The notes beneath the pieces are model-generated. The model ran no database searches and had not been told where the DNA came from. It saw nothing but the letters and a program-made list of their open reading frames with translations. A stretch of DNA of 45,727 nt from a virus: the IMG/VR virus record IMGVR_UViG_3300045988_065855, positions 1 through 45,727 of that record; one strand, given 5' to 3'. Below, in pieces: positions 32,039 through 41,628 of the stretch (the first letter of the stretch is position 1; every line of letters begins with the position of its first letter). The translations under genes were made by a program, and so were the position numbers.

Positions 32039-32230
32039 TTACGCACCCTTGGTGCCGCCGAACTCTGCGGGCACAAGTTCGGGCAAACCAGAATCAATCA
32101 AGATTTCTGCCACCTGCTTTTTGAGTGCCTTGGGCACAGCATCGAACTCCGTCTTTCCGAGGATAACCCTCTGTGCAAAAAACATAGCCATCATAATTAC
32201 CAACCTTTCTAAACGTCTAAAAATGTTCAT
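32039..32230 (-). CDS. XkdX-like small phage protein (63 aa)
   Basis: Size, position after the fibre genes, and the pattern ...ILGKTEFDAVPKALKKQVAEILIDSG resemble XkdX-family proteins. Confidence 0.5.
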   Translation of the reverse strand: MNIFRRLERLVIMMAMFFAQRVILGKTEFDAVPKALKKQVAEILIDSGLPELVPAEFGGTKGA

Positions 32231-32640
32231 TATTCTGCGTAAACCTGCATCGCCATCTCCGCAATGCAGTCCTCAATAAAATCACTGCGTTCGGTCGCGG
32301 CGTTAAGTTGTGCTTTCAGCAGCTTATTTTCCTGCTCCAGTTCTGCGTTGGTTTTCGGGATAACCGGCTTCGGCAGTTTCGCCTTATCCGCCTCGATTTC
32401 CTCGGCAGTGCGCTCTATCACCTTGCCTCCCTCCAGTTTGTACCGCATAACGCCATCCTGTGTGTACAGCGGCTTATCAAGGTAGTGCGTCTGTGCAAGG
32501 TTCAGACGGTCGCAGGGTGCGCCTTCCTCGACCAGTACCCAGTCCGTCAGGTCAGCCGGGAGCGTGTACTCCCCCTCAATGCGGGTAATGCGTCCCTGTG
32601 CGTCTGTCAGCACATAGACGCGCGATTTTGGTATTTGCAT
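32230..32640 (-). CDS. Hypothetical protein downstream of the fibre (possible fibre assembly/accessory protein, 136 aa)
   Basis: Position. C-terminal coiled coil (ELEQENKLLKAQLNAATER). Confidence 0.6.
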   Translation of the reverse strand: MQIPKSRVYVLTDAQGRITRIEGEYTLPADLTDWVLVEEGAPCDRLNLAQTHYLDKPLYTQDGVMRYKLEGGKVIERTAEEIEADKAKLPKPVIPKTNAELEQENKLLKAQLNAATERSDFIEDCIAEMAMQVYAE

Positions 32641-32654
32641 GGTGTGTCACCTCC

Positions 32655-34526
32655 TTAAATGTCGGCGGAAATAAAGGCGTATCCGCCAGTTGTATTATCA
32701 GACCTCTGTAAATAGCCATACCAATCTTGTGATGTAGCACTACTAAAAGTTACAAGCACGGACGCTTTAGTTGTGCCAACGTCAAGAATCGATATGTTTG
32801 ATATACCGAAAGCAGTTGTGTTTCCAGACATGGAGCGGACAATAACTCGATAGTTACTCACATCGTTAAAGCGAATTGACGGATATGTACGTTTTCTTTC
32901 GTATGGCAGAACAAATGTTGCGCTCGTAGCACCAGCTGGAATAAATGTAGCATTCGTAATAACAGGCGTATTTCCATCTTCTATTTTTTCTGCATAGTAC
33001 ATACATCTCCTCAACTGATCCCCGAAATCCGGGATTTCGTTCAATACCCAAACGCCGTTCTCCTTGTGCGCAAGGGTCTGCGTGTCGCCAAGTTCGAGCT
33101 TGGCGGCTTTGATAGAAAAACTTCCGGAACCTGTATTAAGCGACTGAATAACGATCTGATTTGCATCAATAGATGCGTCAGCAGGAATAGTACCTGTTAT
33201 TTCAGCGAGCGCCCAATCATCAGAAATCGGTGCTTGTTCGTTGAAAAAGTATTTACCAGCGCCCCATGAACAAACAAGGCGAATAGGGAGCCCAGTGGCT
33301 TTGTAAAGGCACGACAATGTGTAAATTGCACCCGGAATAAGGACATTATCCAGAAACGTGATCAAATTCCAACCCGCCACAGTGTAGGAAATGTTAAGTG
33401 CGCCGCCTTGAAGAGTTGCCACGACACCATCTGTAATTCTCCACCTATCCACCGTATACCCAACCGCCGTATACTCCGTCTGCCCTCTCTGGTTCACCGG
33501 TCTGCCGAAGTACCAGTTGTCGAGAAGATTCGGGTTTGTGCGGTATTTGAGGGCATCCGCTGCAAGCGCGAATCCATTCATCTGTGCAAGCGCCGCGTTA
33601 AATTGTGTTTCCGTGCCCTGATAGCCGCCGTCGAGCGCCGCTTCATACGCATCTTTGCCGTCGTTGCCAGGCACGCCCTGAATGCCCTGCACGCCCTGAA
33701 TGCCCTGCGGACCGGTGGGGCCCTGAATGCCCTGCACGCCCTGCGGACCCACTGGACCTTCAACCTTGCCGACGCTCACCCAGTCAAGCGCGTTTTCACT
33801 CCAGATGTAGCACTCGCGGTTCTCCTCGACCTGATACATCTTGTCGTTGCCGTTCGGGATAGCGTTTCGCAGTGCGGCGAGGGTGCTGTAAACGTCCTCG
33901 ATGTATAACGCCTTGCCGTCCTTGCCGTCTGCGCCCTTTTCGCCCTGTGCGCCCTGCGGACCCTGTGCGCCCTGTGCGCCGCGAATGCCCTGTGCGCCCT
34001 GCTCACCCTGAATGCCCTGCGGACCTCTCGGACCAATCTCGCCCTGCGGACCGCGTTCACCTCTGAGGCCCTGCTCACCTCTTTCGCCCTGGTCTCCCTT
34101 GTCGCCCTTGTTGCCCTGCGGACCGCGAACGCCGTGAACGACGGTTACGCCGTTTACGTCCTCAACTGAGCCCTCGGCAAACTGCATCCTGCTCCTCTGC
34201 GGCAGCACATTGCCGCCTGCGTCGAGGATAACGTGACCCGAACTTGCCGTTGCAAGCCATGTCGAGCCGTCAAGGCTGTATTCGATTGCCCCGTCGCTGT
34301 TGAGCCGCAGCCAGACGAGTGAGCCGTCATTGCACTTGATGCTGATCTCGTCGTTCGCGCTCAGTTCGTTTACAACGTCGATGGTCTCGTTGAGCTTGTC
34401 TCTCAGCAGCCGCGGCAGCTTGTCGAACACCGCCTTGTTTTCCGCAGCCGTGCCAGTCAGCGTGTCCGCCGCAGAAACAACGCCTGTCGAGCTTACCGCG
34501 CTGTCTGAAATCTTTTCGATTGCCAT
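32655..34526 (-). CDS. Tail fibre / receptor-binding protein with collagen-like Gly-X-Y repeats (623 aa)
   Basis: Two G-X-Y tracts ([19 protein letters not shown]...GADGKDGK and [22 protein letters not shown]...). The C-terminal ~250 codons are AT-rich. Confidence 0.8.
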   Translation of the reverse strand: MAIEKISDSAVSSTGVVSAADTLTGTAAENKAVFDKLPRLLRDKLNETIDVVNELSANDEISIKCNDGSLVWLRLNSDGAIEYSLDGSTWLATASSGHVILDAGGNVLPQRSRMQFAEGSVEDVNGVTVVHGVRGPQGNKGDKGDQGERGEQGLRGERGPQGEIGPRGPQGIQGEQGAQGIRGAQGAQGPQGAQGEKGADGKDGKALYIEDVYSTLAALRNAIPNGNDKMYQVEENRECYIWSENALDWVSVGKVEGPVGPQGVQGIQGPTGPQGIQGVQGIQGVPGNDGKDAYEAALDGGYQGTETQFNAALAQMNGFALAADALKYRTNPNLLDNWYFGRPVNQRGQTEYTAVGYTVDRWRITDGVVATLQGGALNISYTVAGWNLITFLDNVLIPGAIYTLSCLYKATGLPIRLVCSWGAGKYFFNEQAPISDDWALAEITGTIPADASIDANQIVIQSLNTGSGSFSIKAAKLELGDTQTLAHKENGVWVLNEIPDFGDQLRRCMYYAEKIEDGNTPVITNATFIPAGATSATFVLPYERKRTYPSIRFNDVSNYRVIVRSMSGNTTAFGISNISILDVGTTKASVLVTFSSATSQDWYGYLQRSDNTTGGYAFISADI

Positions 34527-34530
34527 TTCA

Positions 34531-36417
34531 TCACCTCACCATAGTTCCGATGGTGTATCTCTTGATAATGCCGAACACGCCGAACGCCTCGTTCAGTGCG
34601 TTGTTCTGCATGATAAGTTGCAGGGTCTTGTACTTCTTGACCTTGCTGTTGAACGGAAGCACCTGCGGCGCGTCGTTCGTGTTGAACGTGAAGCGGCTGA
34701 AATCAATATCTTCCCAGTTGAAAATATCCGCGATACCCTCGCGTATCTGCCGGCCGAAATCGCGTTCCGTCCGCGCGAACACCTTGACCGAGGAACGGGT
34801 ATAAGGCTTCAGCATAACGCCGCTGCCGCGCTTTACCATGGTCTTATACGTCATGAAGTCGCCGTCATCGTCCGCCTTGGTGTGCCACTCTGCCGAGATT
34901 GCCGTACCGCCGGTAATTCTGCCGTCCTCACCGAGCGTGCCGCCGTCCGAATATGCCTGCATGGTGTCAATATCCATGTTCAGCTTACAGATACGTCCGT
35001 CCGATGTGCCGAAATACAGGTTTCCCCTGCTTTCCATCATGCGCACCGCCGGGAAGTTGTTCCAGTAGTAGCACTCGTAAACGTAATCGCCGTAGGACTG
35101 CGGCTTGTACGCTACGTTCTGGTTGGTGTCGAGCACGTAGGCATGGTTGTTCACAGACAGCACATAGTAGCCGTTCCAGACTACCGCGCAGGCGTTTTCC
35201 AGATGATCTTCCTTGGTCAGCGCCGCGTCCACGTAGTAGGAGCGGTTTCTTGCCACCTGCAAGGCCGTGATGTTGCTGCTCGTCAGCGCGAACACGCCCG
35301 TTCGGCTGAGGAATACCGGCTCTTCCGGCAGATACGCGAATGCGTGCTTTGCCACCGCACCGGCACCGGCTGCGGCTCTGCGTACCGGAAACTGCACCTT
35401 GTTCGTCGTGCTGTCGATGTTATACCCTCGGAAATAGATCGTGGTCTCGCTGCGGTCATCCGACTTGACGATTGCCTGACTGTCCGAGATTGCCGTATAT
35501 CCGACGATTGCCGCGCCGTCCGCGCCCACCTTGGTATAGGAGAGGTCGGAAAAATACAGAGGATTGTTGCTTTCACACCGCCAGTCCTTGTCCTGCTCGT
35601 CGGGATTGCCTGCAAGAAACACCCTGTCCTGAGACTTGCCGCCGTAGATTGCCGCGATGGTGCACTTTTTGATCTTCTCGGCGTATCCGTCCACGTGCTT
35701 CACAAACGTGATCGACACGTTGTCTTTGCCGGTAATATCCGGTTTCGGCGGCGCACTGGTAAACGTGACCTGTCCCTTACTCCCGTTCAGGCTGTAGCGG
35801 CTCGCGTCCCAGACCGCATTATTCACCTTGACCTCTGCAATGCTCTGTACGTCCGTGGTGTCAAGCTGATACACGGTAGCCGAGCCGTCCGCGCAGAACT
35901 CGTTCTTGCGCTTGTCGCTCAGAAGATTGACATCCTCGAAGCTCGTGCCGCCGCCCGTCGGCTTGTTGGCAATGGTGGTAGTCGGAACGTAAGCGTCCGC
36001 TGTCGCGTCCTTTACGGTCTCGCCGTCGAACACAAGGTACTCGCCGCCCGTCAGCACGTACATTTTGTCGTTCAGCGTAAACGACGTGCCCTGCTTGTTC
36101 GTCAGTCCGCTTTTCAGCTCTGTTAATGTGTTCTCCGTCCACTTGTAAAGCCGTGTGCCGCCGTGCACCAGAAAGTATTCCTTGCCCTTGATAATGCCGC
36201 GATACAGTCCGTTTACCGGCTTTTCGACATTCAGCAGTACGCGCCATCCCTTGCGCTTTTCGGGAAAGCCGCCGCTGTCCGAAATCAGGTTTACCGTGCC
36301 GGAAGCGCCGCGCGTTGAGTCAACCTGTGTCGGATTGCTCGACAAATCCACGCCCTTAAACTTGGAATACTCGGTTTTGTACCTTTTCGGGGAATCGGGA
36401 ATCTTGTATGTTGCCAT
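34531..36417 (-). CDS. Large tail structural protein (nozzle/hub-like, beta-rich, 628 aa)
   Basis: Position between the adaptor and the fibre. Repeated beta-strand-like segments. No family confidently recognised. Confidence 0.6.
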   Translation of the reverse strand: MATYKIPDSPKRYKTEYSKFKGVDLSSNPTQVDSTRGASGTVNLISDSGGFPEKRKGWRVLLNVEKPVNGLYRGIIKGKEYFLVHGGTRLYKWTENTLTELKSGLTNKQGTSFTLNDKMYVLTGGEYLVFDGETVKDATADAYVPTTTIANKPTGGGTSFEDVNLLSDKRKNEFCADGSATVYQLDTTDVQSIAEVKVNNAVWDASRYSLNGSKGQVTFTSAPPKPDITGKDNVSITFVKHVDGYAEKIKKCTIAAIYGGKSQDRVFLAGNPDEQDKDWRCESNNPLYFSDLSYTKVGADGAAIVGYTAISDSQAIVKSDDRSETTIYFRGYNIDSTTNKVQFPVRRAAAGAGAVAKHAFAYLPEEPVFLSRTGVFALTSSNITALQVARNRSYYVDAALTKEDHLENACAVVWNGYYVLSVNNHAYVLDTNQNVAYKPQSYGDYVYECYYWNNFPAVRMMESRGNLYFGTSDGRICKLNMDIDTMQAYSDGGTLGEDGRITGGTAISAEWHTKADDDGDFMTYKTMVKRGSGVMLKPYTRSSVKVFARTERDFGRQIREGIADIFNWEDIDFSRFTFNTNDAPQVLPFNSKVKKYKTLQLIMQNNALNEAFGVFGIIKRYTIGTMVR

Positions 36418-37038
36418 TTACACCCACCCCGTAACCGAGCGCCACGCGCCGCCGCTTGCGGTCTGCTGTCTCCTGCTTGCAAGCATCTGCTTGACGTTCT
36501 CGTATTCGTTCAGATACTGCGTCGCCATGGAAATATCATCCTCCTTGAACACCTCTGCCGCGATATACAGCGGAATTGCCCGCTGCGCTTCCTCCGGCAG
36601 AGAAAACGTCGTGTCGCCCGGCGTGCTCTCGTCAATGTTCTCAGGATACGACTCGTACCAGATGACGAGCGTCCCGACGTACTCCGCCGGGACAAACAGC
36701 GTGTCCATGCCGTCAAACTGATAGTCGTTCACGCGCATAAACGTGTTGTTCGCGCCCATGATCGTCAGTCTGTCCGGGCAGAACCGCATGAAATCCGGTG
36801 CAAGCTCGCGGATATGAAACAGCCGATAGCCTTCCGCATCATCGTCCGGAAGCTCGACTTCCACAGATTTGTAAATCGGCATGACCGCGGCAAGGTCTAC
36901 CATTGCAAACCATGCCGCGTGCGGCATCGCCCGCACATAATCCGCCACATCGGGAGAAGTAAGCGAAACCTCCGTGCCGTAGTTCAGGCGTGAGAAAATC
37001 TTATCGAGTGCAGCCTTTTGCATCTGCTCCCACGTCAT
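36418..37038 (-). CDS. Head-tail adaptor/connector protein (206 aa)
   Basis: Immediately follows the capsid gene. C-terminal AIPLYIAAEVFKEDDISMATQYLNEYE resembles gp6-like connector proteins. Confidence 0.55.
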   Translation of the reverse strand: MTWEQMQKAALDKIFSRLNYGTEVSLTSPDVADYVRAMPHAAWFAMVDLAAVMPIYKSVEVELPDDDAEGYRLFHIRELAPDFMRFCPDRLTIMGANNTFMRVNDYQFDGMDTLFVPAEYVGTLVIWYESYPENIDESTPGDTTFSLPEEAQRAIPLYIAAEVFKEDDISMATQYLNEYENVKQMLASRRQQTASGGAWRSVTGWV

Positions 37039-37051
37039 AAAATCACTCCTT

Positions 37052-37080
37052 AAAAGGGAAAGGAGGGGTTGCCCCCTCCC
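37052..37080 (-). terminator. Hairpin/attenuator after the major capsid gene
   Basis: GGAGGGG-ttgc-CCCCTCC stem (37062-68 / 37073-79). On the - strand it is followed by CTTTCCCTTTTAAGG. Confidence 0.45.
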
Positions 37081-37086
37081 CTCTGT

Positions 37087-38103
37087 TTACAGCAGCGCGG
37101 TGCCGTTCGTCATCCCGTCGCCCACGATGGAGATTGCGCGCCAGTCGTTGAAGCCTGCACCGAAACGTGCACGGCCGGACCAATAGTTCGCGTCGCTGTT
37201 ATCATCCACCGTGGAACGAACCTTCAGCGATACGCGGTCAAGCCACGGCATGCACATAGCGTCCTTGTTGTAATCGCTGTCGAGCAGCATGAAATACTCC
37301 TTGCCGCCGATGGTCTTCGGCAGATAGTTCCAAACAAGAACGTTCCACAGACCAATCTGGAAGTTGAAAGCGTTGTTGTTGGTGTTCGGGTCGAGTTCCG
37401 AGCCGATAGCCGCGAACAGCGCACGCTTGAGCTTGCCGGAGTTCGGGATGATGATGGTATCCGGCTTGATATTCAGCAGGTTGCCGTCGTCGTCGCGGAT
37501 GTCCTGCATCTGCTCCTGTGCAGCGTCCAGAATTTCGGTGTACTTGTCCGTGCCGGCCGTGTACTTGAAGCGGTTGGACTGGTTCTTGTAGCCCTTGGTA
37601 GCCGAGCCGTGCGCGTTGGAGAACAGGGAAACGCCGTCTGCGGAGGTGGTGTCGTACTTCTTGCCGCCGAAGGTGACAGAAGTGCCAACGCCGCCTGCAA
37701 TCAGCTCTGCCGCATACTTCTCACGGGTGCGATTGTATGCGCCTGCAAACTTGCGCGCCTTGCTCTCTGCCACATTGAACTTTGCATCCTCCATCATTTC
37801 CATGGTGACCTCGAAGCGGCTCTTCCACGTAGTCGGCTCGATGATCTTGCTGTAGCCTTCCTGCACCGAGGTCAGCGGATACGCGCCGTTCTCGCCAACG
37901 TCCTGAAAATCACCCAGTGCAGTTGCAGAGGTGTACTTCTCCGCGTAGTTGGTGGTGGTATCCATATAGAATACCTTGTCGATCATGCTCTGCTCCTGAA
38001 AGCTCTCTACGCGGTCTGCGATGATTGCCTTGATGGGAGCCTGCGATTTGCCGAAGAAGGAATCCGCAACACCGGAACCCTCAGAAAAAGTAATGCCTGC
38101 CAT
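37087..38103 (-). CDS. Major capsid protein (HK97-fold type, 338 aa)
   Basis: Size and position after the scaffold and small beta-protein genes. SD AGAGGAGA. Followed by a hairpin, as is typical of highly expressed capsid genes. Confidence 0.8.
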   Translation of the reverse strand: MAGITFSEGSGVADSFFGKSQAPIKAIIADRVESFQEQSMIDKVFYMDTTTNYAEKYTSATALGDFQDVGENGAYPLTSVQEGYSKIIEPTTWKSRFEVTMEMMEDAKFNVAESKARKFAGAYNRTREKYAAELIAGGVGTSVTFGGKKYDTTSADGVSLFSNAHGSATKGYKNQSNRFKYTAGTDKYTEILDAAQEQMQDIRDDDGNLLNIKPDTIIIPNSGKLKRALFAAIGSELDPNTNNNAFNFQIGLWNVLVWNYLPKTIGGKEYFMLLDSDYNKDAMCMPWLDRVSLKVRSTVDDNSDANYWSGRARFGAGFNDWRAISIVGDGMTNGTALL

Positions 38104-38127
38104 AGATTATCTTGTCTCCTCTCTTTT

Positions 38128-38526
38128 TTAGGCGGCAACCGCTGCCGGCTCAACAAACACGCCGGTAACGGTCGAGTTGGTGGTAGCGCCGTCGGTGGTC
38201 AGCACCTTGAAAACGCCCTTGGTAGCGGTTGCGGTAACGGTCAGCGCATCAGCCGCCAGAGTGACAGCCGAGCCGACGACGGTCTGCGCAACGGTAGCGG
38301 TCGAGGTGGTCTCAAACACGATGTTGTCATTCACCTCGATAGCCGGGTAATTGCCGTCCTCGCGCTTGGGACCCATGATAATGTGGGTCGGCTTGACGGA
38401 AGCGGTGCCCTTTGCCAGAGCGCCGGAAGTCAGAGTAACCGCCATGCCGAGGGTCAGGCCGTCCGCGCCGGGAAGGTAAACGAACGGGGACACATCAGCA
38501 ACGCGGCGATATGCGATCTTAAACAT
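38128..38526 (-). CDS. Small beta-rich head protein (putative decoration/auxiliary capsid protein, 132 aa)
   Basis: Lies between the scaffold and capsid genes. SD AAGGAG. T/V/A-rich beta-like sequence. Confidence 0.5.
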   Translation of the reverse strand: MFKIAYRRVADVSPFVYLPGADGLTLGMAVTLTSGALAKGTASVKPTHIIMGPKREDGNYPAIEVNDNIVFETTSTATVAQTVVGSAVTLAADALTVTATATKGVFKVLTTDGATTNSTVTGVFVEPAAVAA

Positions 38527-38540
38527 GAAAAAATCTCCTT

Positions 38541-39356
38541 TTACTTGTATTTTTTGAACTTTGCCACAAGCTGGGCGTGGGTAAGATTCGGAAATGCGTG
38601 CTTCATCATCTGCATCTCCTGCGGGTCGATTACGATATCGTCACCGCCCGCATTGCCTGCTGTGGTAGTCAGATGGCTCTTGCCGTTGACGTTGTTCATT
38701 GCCTGCTGCTTTGCCGCCGCGGCTTTCTTGCCGGTGAGCGTATCAAAGTTTGCAAGGCGGAACGCATCAACGAGCGAATAGCCGCGGTTGACGTACTCGT
38801 TAAAAACGGGTGCGTTCGGGTGGTTTGCCAGTGCAGCAACGTCGGTGATGGACGGGTCAAGGCGGGAAATCTCCTTGATTGCCTCGTTCATCTGCCGCTC
38901 GCCCTCCTCCATCTGCACACGGTCAAGCACTTCCTGCGCCTGCCGTACAGTGGGGTTGTTTGCGATCATCTGAGCGAGCATGGACGGGTCAAGCCCTGCC
39001 TGCTGCATCTGGTCGCGCTGATAGGCCTGCTGATACGCCTGCAAATCAGCCTCCGAGGTGATCGGCTTGTTGGTGTACGGGTCGAGCTGACCCTCGTACA
39101 TCTGCCGTACCATCTCGTCCTTTGCCGCCTGCCGCTCCTGCTGAATGCGCTGGTTAAACTGCGCTTCCGCTCTGCGTCGTGCAGCGGCAAATCGTGCGTT
39201 ATCTTCCGCACTCTGTACTCCCTCGGGTGCAGCTTCGGCGGTCTGCTGCTCGTTTTCGCCTGTTTCCTCGGGTCCGATGGACGCAGTTTCGGCGGTTTCC
39301 TGCTCGTTTACGCCTGCCTCGGTGGTTTCCACTTCGGCTTCCATAATTTCTTCCAT
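38541..39356 (-). CDS. Scaffolding protein (271 aa)
   Basis: Acidic N-terminus and Q/E/A-rich helical body. Positioned upstream of the capsid gene. Confidence 0.7.
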   Translation of the reverse strand: MEEIMEAEVETTEAGVNEQETAETASIGPEETGENEQQTAEAAPEGVQSAEDNARFAAARRRAEAQFNQRIQQERQAAKDEMVRQMYEGQLDPYTNKPITSEADLQAYQQAYQRDQMQQAGLDPSMLAQMIANNPTVRQAQEVLDRVQMEEGERQMNEAIKEISRLDPSITDVAALANHPNAPVFNEYVNRGYSLVDAFRLANFDTLTGKKAAAAKQQAMNNVNGKSHLTTTAGNAGGDDIVIDPQEMQMMKHAFPNLTHAQLVAKFKKYK

Positions 39357-39406
39357 TTGGTTGTTCCTTTCTGGATTTTTACGCTGTTCCGTGCGATTTT
39401 GGGCAT

Positions 39407-39429
39407 AAAAAAACCGCCCTTTCGGACGG
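39407..39429 (-). terminator. Intrinsic terminator inside the late operon (after the 45-aa basic protein gene)
   Basis: - strand: CCGTCC-gaaa-GGGCGG followed by T7. Confidence 0.7.
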
Positions 39430-39436
39430 TCTTTCT

Positions 39437-39574
39437 TTACTTGCTGCCCTTGCTGCGAAGATCACCGCCGGTCTTAACGGTCGGCTTCTTGGTCTTGGTC
39501 TGCTGATACAGCGCCTTGACCTCCATGCTGCCGGAGTTCTTCACTTTACCGGCCAGAGTTGCACACTTTGCCAT
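39437..39574 (-). CDS. Small basic protein (45 aa, K-rich)
   Basis: Not in the track. ATG 39574 with a perfect SD AAGGAGGTG. Product MAKCATLAGKVKNSGSMEVKALYQQTKTKKPTVKTGGDLRSKGSK. Followed by a strong terminator. Confidence 0.6.
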   Translation of the reverse strand: MAKCATLAGKVKNSGSMEVKALYQQTKTKKPTVKTGGDLRSKGSK

Positions 39575-39575
39575 G

Positions 39576-39695
39576 CTATTTCACCTCCTTTACTACCTGC
39601 TTATAGTTTGAACACTGCGGATTTTTGCAGATAAGCACGAGCTTACCGTCTACAGTGTCGGTCTTGGTGTCGATTTTACATACCGGACATACCAT
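39576..39695 (-). CDS. Zinc-ribbon mini-protein (39 aa)
   Basis: ATG 39695 with SD GGAGGGAGG inside the portal 3' end. Product MVCPVCKIDTKTDTVDGKLVLICKNPQCSNYKQVVKEVK (CxxC...CxxxxC). Confidence 0.5.
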   Translation of the reverse strand: MVCPVCKIDTKTDTVDGKLVLICKNPQCSNYKQVVKEVK

Positions 39696-41613
39696 AACTG
39701 CCGCCTCCCTCCTGATAACTCGGCATTGTCTCCGGGCTGACGTAGCCGGACTGCGTAATATCGGGAATGCCGTCTGCATTTGTTGCCATCGGCTGCATCA
39801 TTGCCTGCTGCTGTGCCATCATCTGCTGCTGTTCCAGTCGTTCAGAAAGCTGCTGTTTAACCTCGCTTGCCAGCGGGTAGTGCAGCCCCTCCATGATCGT
39901 CCAGAACGTGAGTAGACTCTGCATATCGGACGGGTCGCCGAAACAGCCGTTTTCGAGGTTCATTCTCGCCTCCTGCCAGAGGTTTTCACGGTTGCCTGCA
40001 AGCGGCGCGGTCTGGTCTACGCTGAACAAAAATTCATCGTTCCAGTACGGTTCGCCCGCCTCGTCCACCTTGAGAAAATCCATCTTGTTAAACGTGCCGT
40101 ACATCTGCGTGCCGTTGGTGTCTTTGTAAACCATCGGCCGCGGCTCGTCCGAGTACGCCAGCAGGAACTTGAACATAACCTCGAACAGGTCAGCATATGC
40201 GGCGTTCTTCATCACCTTGCGGCTTTCCAGTCGTCCGGCGGTCTGCGCCGCTGCAAACTGCTTTGCCGTACCGCTCGTTGCCGTGCTGTCCTTACGTCCC
40301 TGAAACGAATCCGTAATACCGATCAGGTTGCGCATTGCCGTGTAGGTGCTGTCCTCAAACGCCATATCGCGCGAGATATCCGGCTGCAAGGTAAGCACAT
40401 CGAGCATTGCCTTTTCTTCCGGGCCCTCGATTTCAAGCACCTTGAAATTCTCATCCGTGCGCCTAATCTGCTTGCCCCTCGGCAGTGTGATGACCGAGCC
40501 GCCGCCCAGCAGCTTTTGCGAAATTGCGCTGTCGAGCTTGTTAATCAGCATCTGCTGGTCTCGTATCATGTCCACGTCCGACGACCCGAGCAGCTTTCCG
40601 ACAACGGACACATTGCGCCGCAGTACTACCGGATACACATCCGGTTTGTAGTACGGAATCATGTCGTTTTCCTCGTGCTGTGTAACGGTTGGGTTGCCCA
40701 TCTCATCGAGCTGCACTTTATCTACGATCTTGGTCATCGGGATGCCGTTTTCATCCGTCCGTGCGAAGTCCTTGACGGTTTTCTGTTCACCGTTCTTACT
40801 GCCGCAGTACGGGCAGGTATCGCCCTGCATATCCGCGCCGCACTTGCTGCAAGTCTTAATGCGCCGCGCCTGATAGTCTTCCATGTATTCAAGCAGTACG
40901 TCATTGCACCACGCCACGCGCCCGATACCGCCGTCAGCGTTGCGGAAATATCCGATGTTCTCGGTAACGAGATCGTCCGCCGTGCCCTGCTCAAAGCCTC
41001 GTGCGTCCGGCTGTTCCTCGTCCTCGTCGGAAACGTCCTTGCCGTACTTCTTCTTGATGTACTCCTTGCTCTGTGCGAGCTGGATGAAGAAGTAATCCAT
41101 TTCCGGGATATTGTAAACGCCCGGCTGCGGGATAAACTGTTTCGGATGCAGCAGTGTAACACTCAGCGCGCCGCGCGTGGTGTGCGTCCGCTTGGTGTTG
41201 TCCCATTCCACAAGGAACAAATCGCCGCCGTGCGTCGGTGTGGTTCTCTCGTCCTGATCGTTCAGCCGTTCAAAGGGCAGCCGGTCAAGCTCATTTCGGA
41301 TATAGTCCTCAATGGTCTTTGCGAGCTGCTCGTCCTCCTCGTGTCGCGGCGTAACCTTGGGCGTGGGAATATCGCTCGATACTTCCGCCTCGATGATTTC
41401 CGCAACCACGTTCCGCGCAACTACTGCGTCTTGCGTTTTCTGGTTCTTGCCGTGCACCTTGTCGATTTTGTGTGTTCCCCGGTAGATTTCTTCCCGCTCG
41501 ACCATCAGATTAAGCTCGTCCTGATACCGGCTCCTCGCCTTGCTCAGCCTGTCCTGCCACTTCTTCAAAATCGCCTCGTCGCTCTTGCCCGTTTTATCAA
41601 ACGGATTTTGCAT
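39676..41613 (-). CDS. Portal protein (645 aa) with an internal CxxC...CxxC zinc-ribbon insertion
   Basis: Size and position directly after terL. SD GAGGTG. Insertion TCSKCGADMQGDTCPYCGS at codons 255-270 (40804-40851). Confidence 0.8.
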   Translation of the reverse strand: MQNPFDKTGKSDEAILKKWQDRLSKARSRYQDELNLMVEREEIYRGTHKIDKVHGKNQKTQDAVVARNVVAEIIEAEVSSDIPTPKVTPRHEEDEQLAKTIEDYIRNELDRLPFERLNDQDERTTPTHGGDLFLVEWDNTKRTHTTRGALSVTLLHPKQFIPQPGVYNIPEMDYFFIQLAQSKEYIKKKYGKDVSDEDEEQPDARGFEQGTADDLVTENIGYFRNADGGIGRVAWCNDVLLEYMEDYQARRIKTCSKCGADMQGDTCPYCGSKNGEQKTVKDFARTDENGIPMTKIVDKVQLDEMGNPTVTQHEENDMIPYYKPDVYPVVLRRNVSVVGKLLGSSDVDMIRDQQMLINKLDSAISQKLLGGGSVITLPRGKQIRRTDENFKVLEIEGPEEKAMLDVLTLQPDISRDMAFEDSTYTAMRNLIGITDSFQGRKDSTATSGTAKQFAAAQTAGRLESRKVMKNAAYADLFEVMFKFLLAYSDEPRPMVYKDTNGTQMYGTFNKMDFLKVDEAGEPYWNDEFLFSVDQTAPLAGNRENLWQEARMNLENGCFGDPSDMQSLLTFWTIMEGLHYPLASEVKQQLSERLEQQQMMAQQQAMMQPMATNADGIPDITQSGYVSPETMPSYQEGGGSYGMSGM

Positions 41614-41628
41614 TTTATCACCTCATTT

